A stretch of DNA of 63,979 nt, the filler included, from a bacterium (lineage in GTDB: Bacteria; JALSQH01), in NCBI GenBank assembly GCA_026985515.1. It is 9 parts of 9 records of this genome, joined end to end, with 100 filler letters (N's around TTAATTAATTAA, not from the genome) between each part and the next. Parts side by side here need not be neighbours in the genome. Positions count along the whole stretch, not along the records: positions 39,171 to 48,586 come from JALSQH010000181.1; positions 48,687 to 57,864 come from JALSQH010000183.1; 7 more parts are not named here. One strand, written 5' to 3'. Positions 41,203-50,540 of this stretch are shown here, piece after piece (the stretch's first letter is position 1; each line of letters begins with the position of its first letter). Below the pieces are notes generated by a model, which worked only from the letters and a program-made list of their open reading frames with translations, did no database searches and was not told where the DNA came from. The position numbers were made by a program, and so were the translations under genes.

Positions 41203-41742
41203 TTACAATTTTATTGATAGTTTTATCTTATCCCAGATGGGATTTTTATATCTGTGTTCAGCACCGTAGTGCTCACATTTTTCATAATTCCAGTTGGCTC
41301 CACAAACAGGACAGAGTCCCTTACAATCAGGTCTGCAAAGCTTATCATGGGGGAAGTTTACCATCAGTTCCGACAGAATTATATTCTCCAGATCCACAAC
41401 CACCCCATCAAAGTACTCAACATCAAGATCCTTCCTCGTCAGCCTTACCTCTCTCTTACCCGCAATGTAGATGTCCGGCATCAGCCTTATATCAAACTCA
41501 CCCTCAAAGGGTGAGGTGAACTCTTCAAGACACTTTGGACAGGTGAGCTGAGCAACACTGCTGTATCCACCTTTCACCCTTATGCCCCTTTCTGTTCTGT
41601 AAAGTTCAACCCAGACTCCGATGTTTTCAGCAAACCTGAAATCATCTCCAGGATCCTCGATTCTCTCCCGCATCCACTCTGGAGGCAGATCAAAATCAAG
41701 CTTTATGCCTTCCTTTGGAATATCTTCAACTAAAATTCTCAC
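41203..41742 (-). CDS. yceD: YceD/DUF177 protein
   Basis: CPKCL, LCRPDCKGLCPVCGANWN; upstream of rpmF. Confidence 0.88.
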   Translation of the reverse strand: MRILVEDIPKEGIKLDFDLPPEWMRERIEDPGDDFRFAENIGVWVELYRTERGIRVKGGYSSVAQLTCPKCLEEFTSPFEGEFDIRLMPDIYIAGKREVRLTRKDLDVEYFDGVVVDLENIILSELMVNFPHDKLCRPDCKGLCPVCGANWNYEKCEHYGAEHRYKNPIWDKIKLSIKL

Positions 41743-41764
41743 AAAAATCCCCTTGTTTCACTTC

Positions 41765-41792
41765 ATTATATATTCTGAGGGGTGAATGTCAA
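41765..41792 (-). promoter_or_regulatory. Consensus sigma70 promoter for yceD-rpmF-fabK-fabD
   Basis: Minus strand TTGACA (41792-87), 16 nt spacer, TATAAT (41770-65). Confidence 0.65.
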
Positions 41793-41812
41793 GGTGAGGA
41801 AATTCCGGAGAA

Positions 41813-41841
41813 TTGACAGTGCTGTGGAAATGAACTATACT
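41813..41841 (+). promoter_or_regulatory. Consensus sigma70 promoter for the cas operon (probably a leaderless transcript)
   Basis: TTGACA (41813-18), 17 nt spacer, TATACT (41836-41); the cas6 ATG is only 7 nt downstream with no SD. Confidence 0.7.
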
Positions 41842-41848
41842 TTAAGCA

Positions 41849-42631
41849 ATGAGAATCAAAATCCATTTCTCCCTGCCCAGGGGAGGGGTGAAGTTACCGG
41901 TTCATTACAATCCAGTCATTCAGGGTTTCATATACAGAAATATTGATGAGATACTTGCGGAAAAGTATCACAGTGAAGGATACAGGGTGGGCAAGAGGAA
42001 ATTCAACTTCTTCACCTTTTCAAGATTATATTCAAAGCACAGAGAGTATATTAAGGAAGAAAAAAGCATTATCTTCAGGGATTACCTCATTCTCAGAATC
42101 GCTTCCCTTGATGTTAATCTTCTCGAATCATTTGTCACCCATCTGGTACATAAGAAAAGGGTTAAAATTGGGAGAAATTTTTGTGAAGTATCCTCCATAG
42201 AGGTAGAAATGCCACCCCCATTCAGCAGGCTCGTAATTGTAAAAACCATTTCTCCCATTACAACATACAGCACTCTTATTGATCCTTACGGAAAAAAGAA
42301 AACTTATTTTTACAATCCATCAGAAGCAGATTTCCCAGTGAAATTGATGGAAAATCTGCAGAGAAAATATCTGGCACTTATAAACTCACCATTCTCCCTT
42401 TCCACTCCAGTGAAATCAAATGAAGAGATGGTTGGCGATATAGAGGTCATTAAAATCAGGAAGGAAATCATAACTTATTTTAAAGACACGCTTATTAAAG
42501 GATGGGATGTGGTCCTGAGGCTCAATCTCAGTGAGCCATTTTTTGAACTTGCCTACAATGTAGGCCTCGGCTCCAAAAACAGCCAGGGCTTCGGTATGGT
42601 GGAGGTGGTGAGGGGGGAGGAGTTTTCATGA
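41849..42631 (+). CDS. cas6: CRISPR-associated endoribonuclease Cas6
   Basis: LPVHYN..IQGFIY, H..G......F..FTFSRL, TISPI, C-terminal G-loop GLGSKNSQGFGMV. Confidence 0.95.
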   Translation: MRIKIHFSLPRGGVKLPVHYNPVIQGFIYRNIDEILAEKYHSEGYRVGKRKFNFFTFSRLYSKHREYIKEEKSIIFRDYLILRIASLDVNLLESFVTHLVHKKRVKIGRNFCEVSSIEVEMPPPFSRLVIVKTISPITTYSTLIDPYGKKKTYFYNPSEADFPVKLMENLQRKYLALINSPFSLSTPVKSNEEMVGDIEVIKIRKEIITYFKDTLIKGWDVVLRLNLSEPFFELAYNVGLGSKNSQGFGMVEVVRGEEFS

Positions 42632-45174
42632 GTGTAAATATAATAGCTAAGTTCAATAAAACATTTTCCACTCCTATTTTTAAAAAAACACTTAAAGAAT
42701 ATTTTCAAGAAATCTTTCCGAAAATTTTAGAAAGTTACAGGACGTTCCCTGCAAAAGGAGGAATTAAATTTCAAGATTTCTCCGATATGAGCTATCCTAT
42801 GCATATCCTTAATGGAATATTACCATCAATGCTGTACCTTGAACAACAATTCTTAAGCAATGAATCGCTTTCTAAACTCACGAATAACGAGGACTCGGAA
42901 ATTAGAACACTTATAAAATGTACCTTACTTGGAATAACATTTCACGATATTAATAAACTTGTGGGAAAAAGCGATTTAAAAGAATCTCTGAAATATGTTG
43001 ACGAAATGTTTGATCATTTGGGGTTAAGACTATCAGAAGAGGAAAAGGGCATTGTTAAATATTTAATAATGAGTGCAGAAGATAGAACACGGTATACAAT
43101 CCCAGATAGCACACTCCCACAAAAAATCTATCTCCATAAAATTATTAAAGATTATCTGATAGAAACAGTACACATGGCAGATAGTATTTCGTTACCACCT
43201 CTGGAATCGTTTTCTCATACATTCAGAATTCTCAGAAAGAAAATTACCAATTATTTTCCAAGTGTTCATGTGTTTTATTTTCATGACACTCCTTACGAAG
43301 TTCTAAGCAGGTACATAATGAGCAGGCTCATTACCAGAATAGACGGCAAAATTCTTCTCATATCCCCAAAAGGTTTTATATGGACGGGAAAACCAATATA
43401 TAAAAAGAACATAGAAGAATTTTTGCCAGAAATAAAAAATGAATTTTATAATTTTCTGCTAAATCAACTGGATGACTTTCTGACATGTGATTGGCAGAAA
43501 GCACAACTTGATATATTCAGATACATTCCACCAACAAAAGACTTCATAAAAAACAAATTATTTCCTACTCTACTGGAAAAGAAAAGAGAAATAATACTAT
43601 ATCGAGGATTACCTTCCGATGAAGCTATAAAAGAAAATATTAAAAAAGAAATAGAAAAGCTCGAAGTAAACGGAAAACTTGAAGTGATGCTGATATTTAA
43701 ATTTATTTTAACTCTTACACCAAACAGTAACGAAGTTAAGAAACTAAAAAAGGATATAGAAAACATTTATTATCCTGACGAAAAAGATACCAGAAATCCT
43801 GTCATAAAAAACATAAATAAAATTCTGGGAGCAGCTTACAGATTCAATAGAAGACAAGATGAACTGTATGAAGTATTGGTTAAACTTATCACTGAAAACT
43901 ATCGAAATGAAATTATAAATATAAATGAAGTGCTAAAATCCATTCTAAGTTATGCATACATTGATGACCAACCGATATTTCCTATTGAGGTTCAAGACCT
44001 TGGTGACAAACACAATATTTGTTCAATATGCGGAGCTAAAACTACTACTGTGGCCAGAGAGGGTGTTTCAGTTGGATTTTCACCACGAGGTTTCACAAAT
44101 AGAACAGTAGTGTCGTTAAGAAATACAGAGCGAAAGATCTGCAAAACCTGTTTAGCAGAAGTAATGTTGAGAAAACTATTTTTTAAACAAAGTAAAGATT
44201 TTTTTGCGGTTTACATTGATGCATGTGATTACACAACTCCTATTCTGAATGCTGAGAAAGTTGTAAATTATATTGAAAACCAAATAAAGGGTATTAAAAC
44301 CTTATCTGTGGAGCATGACAGATCTTATCCAATTCTCTATGGGTACGACTTAAAAAACACTAAAGATGTTTTAATCCCTTTTTTAATGTTTAATATTCAA
44401 GCTGGTAAAGAATCAGAGTTTCTCAGAAGATATCATGACCTGTTAATTTTTGCTAGTGCAACAGGATTCAAAGTTTACCTTACATACGCCCTAAACTCTG
44501 ACAGAATTAGAAAAGAAAGTTTTGTTCTTGACTACGCCCCTAAATCTTTACACAAATTAAAATGGGACAAAATCAGGATTGATGAACTTATTACAGTTAA
44601 AACAGAATTTGAACTACTCAGAGACTTGGCAAAAAACGTAGGTGGAAGAAGATGGGATAATGAATTGGTTAGAATTTTGAATGATTATGCTTCCTATCAT
44701 CTTTCATTTTTTTATCATTTATTCAGAACTGCTAATCCTTCAGGCTTTTCAAGCAAAAATAATGATAAGATCATGTTAGTTTATAAACGCATAGGAGGTA
44801 AAACGATGGGTGTAATTAAAAAATTGGCAGACAAAGCTTCTGAAATAATATGGAGTGGATACACTACTTCAAAGCAAACATGGATAATTCGCACCGCCAT
44901 TGATGCCTTAAAAATTGGGGTTCAAAGAAAATTAGACAAAGAAGATACAATCGCTTTGATGGCAGGAACCATAAATAAGAAGGTTAAGATTTTAAAAAGT
45001 AAAGAAGTTGATGATTTTTGTCAGGCAGTTTACGAAGATCTTTATGAAAAGACATGGCAAAACAAAATTCCTTCAAAAACTGAATTAAAATACTGGATAT
45101 ATGGTTTTGCATTTGAATACGCAAAAAAATCAGAAGAAAAATATAAAAAGATTCAAGAAGAAAAAAATAAATAG
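42628..45174 (+). CDS. cas10d: Type I-D large subunit Cas10d (Csc3) with N-terminal HD nuclease
   Basis: PAKGG..F...SD.S...HILNG, FHDINK, HMADS HD motifs; Zn finger CSICG...CKTC; upstream of Csc2/Csc1. Confidence 0.85.
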   Translation: MSVNIIAKFNKTFSTPIFKKTLKEYFQEIFPKILESYRTFPAKGGIKFQDFSDMSYPMHILNGILPSMLYLEQQFLSNESLSKLTNNEDSEIRTLIKCTLLGITFHDINKLVGKSDLKESLKYVDEMFDHLGLRLSEEEKGIVKYLIMSAEDRTRYTIPDSTLPQKIYLHKIIKDYLIETVHMADSISLPPLESFSHTFRILRKKITNYFPSVHVFYFHDTPYEVLSRYIMSRLITRIDGKILLISPKGFIWTGKPIYKKNIEEFLPEIKNEFYNFLLNQLDDFLTCDWQKAQLDIFRYIPPTKDFIKNKLFPTLLEKKREIILYRGLPSDEAIKENIKKEIEKLEVNGKLEVMLIFKFILTLTPNSNEVKKLKKDIENIYYPDEKDTRNPVIKNINKILGAAYRFNRRQDELYEVLVKLITENYRNEIININEVLKSILSYAYIDDQPIFPIEVQDLGDKHNICSICGAKTTTVAREGVSVGFSPRGFTNRTVVSLRNTERKICKTCLAEVMLRKLFFKQSKDFFAVYIDACDYTTPILNAEKVVNYIENQIKGIKTLSVEHDRSYPILYGYDLKNTKDVLIPFLMFNIQAGKESEFLRRYHDLLIFASATGFKVYLTYALNSDRIRKESFVLDYAPKSLHKLKWDKIRIDELITVKTEFELLRDLAKNVGGRRWDNELVRILNDYASYHLSFFYHLFRTANPSGFSSKNNDKIMLVYKRIGGKTMGVIKKLADKASEIIWSGYTTSKQTWIIRTAIDALKIGVQRKLDKEDTIALMAGTINKKVKILKSKEVDDFCQAVYEDLYEKTWQNKIPSKTELKYWIYGFAFEYAKKSEEKYKKIQEEKNK
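44806..45174 (+). CDS. cas11d: Cas11d small subunit translated from an internal in-frame start within cas10d (122 aa)
   Basis: AGGAGGT (44793-99), 6 nt spacer, in-frame ATG (codon 727 of cas10d); helical C-terminal domain. Confidence 0.72.
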   Translation: MGVIKKLADKASEIIWSGYTTSKQTWIIRTAIDALKIGVQRKLDKEDTIALMAGTINKKVKILKSKEVDDFCQAVYEDLYEKTWQNKIPSKTELKYWIYGFAFEYAKKSEEKYKKIQEEKNK

Positions 45175-45186
45175 GAGGTAAAGAAA

Positions 45187-46227
45187 ATGAATACAGGGCA
45201 GTTTGTAAAATATGAGGAAAAAGTCATCAATGAAATAAGACAAAAACTTTATAAAATAATTCCACCTGAGTTTTTCCAAGAGAAATTTGGGGTAAGGACA
45301 CCAAATTATATAAAGTTGTTTCTTATAAGAGAAACCACTGGTTACCTTATAACTCGCTCCACAGAACCAGATGAAGTGATTAGTACAGAAATAGGAGGTA
45401 AAGAAGTGGTCGTGATACCAGCAAGGAAATTAAAATCAAAAGAAAAAATGACCGGTCTCCTATTGTGCAGAAAATTTGGAGTTGTCCATCCAGATGTGGA
45501 ATATAACGTTATCAAGCACGCAATACAATTGGCAAATCCTAATTCTATTGTTTTTGGAGATAGTGTAACAGAAGAAAGAGAAGCTATAGGTCTACCGTCC
45601 AGAGTTTTATATGAATGGAGCTACTCCCTAAGATCAAAGAATGAAATAATAGAAGAATTAACCCATAACGCTTTAAATGAAGAAGGAACAATGTGGGATA
45701 AAGAAAGAGGAACACATCGGGAAAGTCTCTATGATGTTCAGTATGTCAAACCTGGTGTTTATTTCCCCCAATTTATCACATTCCCAGACATAACGCCAGA
45801 AGGATTTATCCATGTAATATTATCAATTGTAAAAACAACCAGATATGGGGCACAGAGCAATGTAATGGATGCAAACATTAGAAATCACATAGTAGCTATT
45901 GCTCTTGATCAGTTTGAACCAGCTATCAGTTCTTACATATTAAGCAAGGATTGGCCTAATAAAAAAGAAGTAAGCCTTGAGAATCTAAAACAATATACGA
46001 TTGATAAGTTACAAAAGTGTTCCTCGATCGTTTTGACAGAAAAAGGAAATATAAACCATATAAAGGAATTGATGGAATTGATAGAATATTTGCTAAAAAA
46101 TGAAGATAATTTGAAAGAAATTTACAAAAAATTACTAAGCGACTCTATAAGATATTTAACAGAATGCAAAATCATAAAAGAATCAGATGTCAATAATTAT
46201 TTAAAACAACTGAAAATTAAAAAGTAA
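45187..46227 (+). CDS. cas7: Type I-D Cas7 backbone subunit (Csc2)
   Basis: LIRET...I.RS, VVIPARKLKS.E...GL..CR, NP.SIVFGDS, LPSRV.Y..SYS, THNAL.E.GTM, YVKPG..FP.F.T, RYGAQ; AGGAGGT RBS. Confidence 0.88.
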   Translation: MNTGQFVKYEEKVINEIRQKLYKIIPPEFFQEKFGVRTPNYIKLFLIRETTGYLITRSTEPDEVISTEIGGKEVVVIPARKLKSKEKMTGLLLCRKFGVVHPDVEYNVIKHAIQLANPNSIVFGDSVTEEREAIGLPSRVLYEWSYSLRSKNEIIEELTHNALNEEGTMWDKERGTHRESLYDVQYVKPGVYFPQFITFPDITPEGFIHVILSIVKTTRYGAQSNVMDANIRNHIVAIALDQFEPAISSYILSKDWPNKKEVSLENLKQYTIDKLQKCSSIVLTEKGNINHIKELMELIEYLLKNEDNLKEIYKKLLSDSIRYLTECKIIKESDVNNYLKQLKIKK

Positions 46228-46228
46228 G

Positions 46229-46861
46229 ATGATAAGGCATTACAAAATTTTACTCCTATCACCGCTTTTCTATTACACAAGAACAGAAAGCGGGGTTGCA
46301 TCAACTTCCCCCTTTATTGGAGACATTGCTCTTACTTATGCTACAAACTTTGCGTTGGGATGGAATAAAAGAATAACATATCAACCTAAATTAGAACCTG
46401 ATTACAACGAAATCAAAGAACTTGGATTCCTATGGACAGTTGGACGTCCTATTAAAATTAAAAGAACACAGATTTATTCTAGATACACTTCACCAATATC
46501 CGATGGAATGGTCCGAAAGGATTTAATTGAACTGATGGGTAAATCGCTTTTTAAAAATTATTTTCACGTGCAGGGAATAGAAGCTGGTTCAGTTTTCCAA
46601 GCTTCGCTAATTGGGAATTTAAACATTCCTCACCAATTCACATTGAGGATAGGCAACGGAAAAGAATGTTTAATTCTGTTGGAAAAATTGGACAAACCTG
46701 ACAAAGACATATGGGTGAATTACTATACCATTAAAAAAATATTTAACAAAGATTTAAAGTTTAAAGAGGGTTTAACAATAGAACGAATTCTAGCGCAGTA
46801 TATAATTGTGAAAGGGTTGAATGAAAAAGATTTGGAGAAAATATTTAATTCCACAATATGA
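46229..46861 (+). CDS. cas5: Type I-D Cas5 (Csc1)
   Basis: LLSPLFY, T.PFIGDIAL.YA...ALG, PDY.E, IRIG-like LRIGNG; position between cas7 and cas3. Confidence 0.78.
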   Translation: MIRHYKILLLSPLFYYTRTESGVASTSPFIGDIALTYATNFALGWNKRITYQPKLEPDYNEIKELGFLWTVGRPIKIKRTQIYSRYTSPISDGMVRKDLIELMGKSLFKNYFHVQGIEAGSVFQASLIGNLNIPHQFTLRIGNGKECLILLEKLDKPDKDIWVNYYTIKKIFNKDLKFKEGLTIERILAQYIIVKGLNEKDLEKIFNSTI

Positions 46862-48586
46862 TTGATTTAATAGTAACTGTAAAAGAAAAAAGGATTCCTC
46901 TTGGTGAAACCGAAATTGAGGTGGATGGTAAAAAATATAGATTGCATAAATTTCAAGAAAAATTCTACTCCAACCTAAGCGATTTGCCCACTGTTACAGT
47001 CGTTATAGCTCCAACCGGCGCCGGCAAAACATTTGCCTTTGTCCTTCCTATCTTATACGCAAAAAATAAAAAATATCCTGCTTCTCCAAGAGGCCTCGTC
47101 ATAGCTCCAACCAATGCACTTGTTGAAGACATGTATAATAGCTTTAAAAAATTAGTTAATGCAGAAAAAATCACCGGGAGAACTCTTAAAGAACATGGGA
47201 GCAACAGAGCAAAAGAATTAATAAACAGGTTAAAATCTGCAGAGATAGTAGTCACAAATCCTGATATTGTAAACTTCGTTATTCACGGTGGTTATCACAC
47301 AGATAATTCAGGCAAAAGGCGTTTTATTTTAAATTTTCAAGATTGGACTGAATTCTTTGGAAAGATCCAATACATAATATTCGATGAATACCATTTATAT
47401 GACGAAGAACAAATAGCTAATCTCTTAGTTTGGCTATTATCAAATCACAAGTTTTTCCCAAGCATAAAATGGTTTTTCGTATCAGCAACCCCTGAGTCAG
47501 CTCTTCTAAAACTTCTAGGAAATCATCAAATTGAGTTTGAAATCATTCAAGAAAATTTAGAAGATTCTGGGAGGATTATTCAAGGACAACAAAAAATAAA
47601 TTTCATCGGAGTTTCTAAATCCTACTCATTATATCAGTGGATATTTGGCAAAGAAGGTATTCAAACTGAAGTAAAAGAAAAGATTTTGTCGACAATCAAA
47701 AAAGGTAAAAAAGTTCTTTTCATTTTTAATTCATTAAGAGAAGCAAAACTCGCTGAAGAAAAATTGAAATTTATTTTTAGCGATGCCAAGATAGGCATAA
47801 ATACAGGTTTTGAAACCAGGCAGAAAGATTTCAACTTTAATCCTGAGAAATTTGACCTAATAATATCAACCTCAAAAATCGAAGTTGGAGTAAATTATCC
47901 TGTCCACCTTGCGTACATTGAGTCCGGGAAATATTTGAGAAATTTTCTCCAAAGGATTGGAAGGATCGGAAGAGGTAACATTGAAAGTGAAATCTTTTGC
48001 TTAACACCTGTATCAGTTGTAGAACCACTTAAAAATAGTTTAAAAAATAACATTACCTATTATGAATTTACAGAAGCACTAAATCACTCCTTTAATGATA
48101 AAGAACTCAAAGAAAGAAAAATCCCCTATTTTATAGGTGCACTGCTCTGGTCAGTATACAATGCCTTAAGCCATCAAGAAAAAAAAGATGTAATTAAAGA
48201 CCTTATAGAGCAATTTCCTTATTCCAAGATTCTTTTTAAACTAGATAAAGAAATTAAAAACATAAATATGCACGACGAATTCAATAATTTAAAGATTTTC
48301 TGGAATTCTTTCAAACAATCATTCGTAAGATTCAGAACCGATTCAATTCAATGGAAAGTTCTATACAAAACTCAGGAAACAGAGTATGACATAATATGGA
48401 TTCTTGACAATGCATTTATTGAAAAAATAAACAAAGAACAAAAGGAAATAGTGATAACTGATTTCAGGCCTAAAAGAGAACTAATAGTTAAAGGAATATT
48501 AACTCCAACTATTCTTGATGATCCATACAAAAAAAATAATCTTCAGAAAATAGGGGGTATTGACAGAAATGGAAAAAAAGAATGGT
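46858..48586 (+). CDS. cas3: Type I-D helicase Cas3' (no HD domain), 3'-truncated
   Basis: APTGAGKT, PTNAL, TNPD, DEYH, SATP, STS.IEVGV, QRIGRIGR. Confidence 0.9.
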
Positions 48587-48686
48587 NNNNNNNNNNNNNN
48601 NNNNNNNNNNNNNNNNNNNNNNNNNNNNNNTTAATTAATTAANNNNNNNNNNNNNNNNNNNNNNNNNNNNNNNNNNNNNNNNNNNN

Positions 48687-48973
48687 ATTCCCCATACTGC
48701 TGTTATTAGAAATCCCAGGGAAGCACCAGCAGAAATGCCCAGTGTATATGGTGTGGCAAGAGGGTTATTGAAGATTGTCTGGAGGAGGTAACCTGATACT
48801 GCCAGATTTCCACCCCCGATTATTGAGAGAATCATCCTCGGGATTCTAAGATTGAGAAGAATTTTCTTTTCGAGGGGAGAGAGATTGAAAATGTTAATTG
48901 AGATTTTTCCTATGAATGGGGTTATAAGAATGGAAATTAACCACAGCAGTAAAATAAAAATTTTTTTCTTCAT
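48687..48973 (-). CDS. FecCD/BtuC-family ABC permease (3'-truncated)
   Basis: LRIPR, G.LAVSG.LLQ.IF.NPLA.PY.LGISAGA. Confidence 0.88.
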
Positions 48974-49767
48974 TTTCCCTCTTTTTTTATGAATGGTATG
49001 GGGAATCTCATAGGAGCAATTACAGGTTTTCTGGTGCCGGGATAGAGTGTATAATACACTTCGGTATTGAATGCCTCAAAGATGTTTTTGAAAGTTAAAA
49101 CATCCTCAGGGGTTCCGGTCCTGAAAATTGTTCCATCTTTTAATATGGTAACCTGATCACTGTAAAGTGAAGCGGTATTCAGGTCATGGGTAACCATTAT
49201 AACTGTTTTGCCTTCATTTTTCATTGTCAGAAGTAAATCAAGAAAAATGTGTTTGTGGGTAATATCAAGAAAAGATGATGGTTCATCAAGAACTATTACT
49301 GGAGTATCCTGAACAAGTGCCCTTGCAATTACAACCATTCTCTGTTCTCCACCGCTAAGTTGAGCAAAGGGCCTTTCAAGGAGCTTTTCAATACCTAATT
49401 TTGAGGCAACTTCTTCAATTTTTCTGAAGCTTTCACTACTGGTGAGCAGGAAATTCTCGTAGGGATATCTTCCCATCATAAGAATCTCCCTTACAGTATA
49501 GGGAACTTCGGTGGTAAATTTCTGTGGCACATATGAGATATACCTTGCTCTTTCTTTCCTGGGAATCTTTTCAAGTATCATATCTTTGAAAATAATTCTT
49601 CCTTTCGCAGGACTCAAGATTCCAGCCAGTATCTTGATGAGAGTGGTTTTCCCTGACCCATTTGGACCAATGATGGAAGTGATTGTGTTTTCCTCAAAAT
49701 ACAGGTTTATTGACCTCAGGACTACTTTTCTACCGTACCAGAAATGTAACTCTCTTACTTCAAGCAA
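48970..49767 (-). CDS. Cobalamin/iron-siderophore ABC transporter ATP-binding protein
   Basis: GPNGSGKTT, MGRYPY, LSGGEQR, LDEP, HDLN. Confidence 0.88.
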   Translation of the reverse strand: MLEVRELHFWYGRKVVLRSINLYFEENTITSIIGPNGSGKTTLIKILAGILSPAKGRIIFKDMILEKIPRKERARYISYVPQKFTTEVPYTVREILMMGRYPYENFLLTSSESFRKIEEVASKLGIEKLLERPFAQLSGGEQRMVVIARALVQDTPVIVLDEPSSFLDITHKHIFLDLLLTMKNEGKTVIMVTHDLNTASLYSDQVTILKDGTIFRTGTPEDVLTFKNIFEAFNTEVYYTLYPGTRKPVIAPMRFPIPFIKKEGK

Positions 49768-50540
49768 TTTAGCACCTCTTTTCTGAGTCCCAGGGCTTTT
49801 TCAAAGAGTTCTATTGCAAGTGGAATTCTTGGACCGGGGATTGTGAGAAGAGGATTGTTGAGTTTAACAATCTTTACTCTGATAAATTTTATTCTTTTTT
49901 TCAGATCATCTCTGGATAGATTAAGGATCACTGCTGGTCTGAATTTAACGATTTCCTCCATGGAGATCTGGGGATATGGTATACTGGAATCAATGATATT
50001 TTTACCTCCCGCGAGTTCAAGAATCTGACTTACAAAGGAATTTTTCCCTGCGGTGAAGAACTTATCTTCAGTTGCGTCAAGAATTAATAAAGTGGGAATC
50101 TTCCTATCAGATCTGATACTGACCCTGTGAATGCAGGTAATTATTTTCTCTTTTAATTTTTTTCCTCTTGCTTTTTCTCCAATAAAACTTCCAATTTTTT
50201 CTATCGAGGAGAGAATCTCTTCTATTGTGGTGTCTCCCACCATAAGCGTTTTGATACCCAGGTTATTTAGCTGTGAGAGTAATTCTCTGTGATATTTCAC
50301 CCCTATTACATGTGTTGGGGCAAGGGAGACTATCTTTTCAAGGTCGGGCCTGTAAAAGGGTCCGAAAACTGGAAGTTTTTTCACAAAGGGGGGATAGGAG
50401 GTATTTTCCGGGACAGCAACAATATTTTTGCCTTCTCCCAGAAAGTAAACGATTTCAGTGACCCCCTGAGTGAGAGGTACGATTCTTTTCTTCTCTTCCC
50501 CGTAAAGGATTGGGGATACCACTATCAGGAGAATAATCAG
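49755..50540 (-). CDS. BtuF-like cobalamin/iron-complex substrate-binding protein (start uncertain)
   Basis: RIVPL...TEIVY.LG, PDLEKIVSLAP, AGGKNI, YPQISMEEI...P, PGPRI; the only ATG (50669) lies deep inside rlmH. Confidence 0.8.
   Translation of the reverse strand: MIILLIVVSPILYGEEKKRIVPLTQGVTEIVYFLGEGKNIVAVPENTSYPPFVKKLPVFGPFYRPDLEKIVSLAPTHVIGVKYHRELLSQLNNLGIKTLMVGDTTIEEILSSIEKIGSFIGEKARGKKLKEKIITCIHRVSIRSDRKIPTLLILDATEDKFFTAGKNSFVSQILELAGGKNIIDSSIPYPQISMEEIVKFRPAVILNLSRDDLKKRIKFIRVKIVKLNNPLLTIPGPRIPLAIELFEKALGLRKEVLNCLK

Noticed and set aside
41755..41793. GTTTCACTTCATTATATATTCTGAGGGGTGAATGTCAAG upstream of cas6 looks loosely like a single CRISPR repeat (GTTTCA start, weak hairpin)
   Set aside because: Single copy, imperfect stem, and fully explained as the minus-strand TTGACA/TATAAT promoter; worth revisiting only if the true repeat is found and matches
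41849..48586. CRISPR array, cas1/cas2/cas4 or Tn7-like (CAST) genes
   Set aside because: I found no repeat-spacer array or transposase in the window; the contig ends inside cas3, so their absence is uninformative
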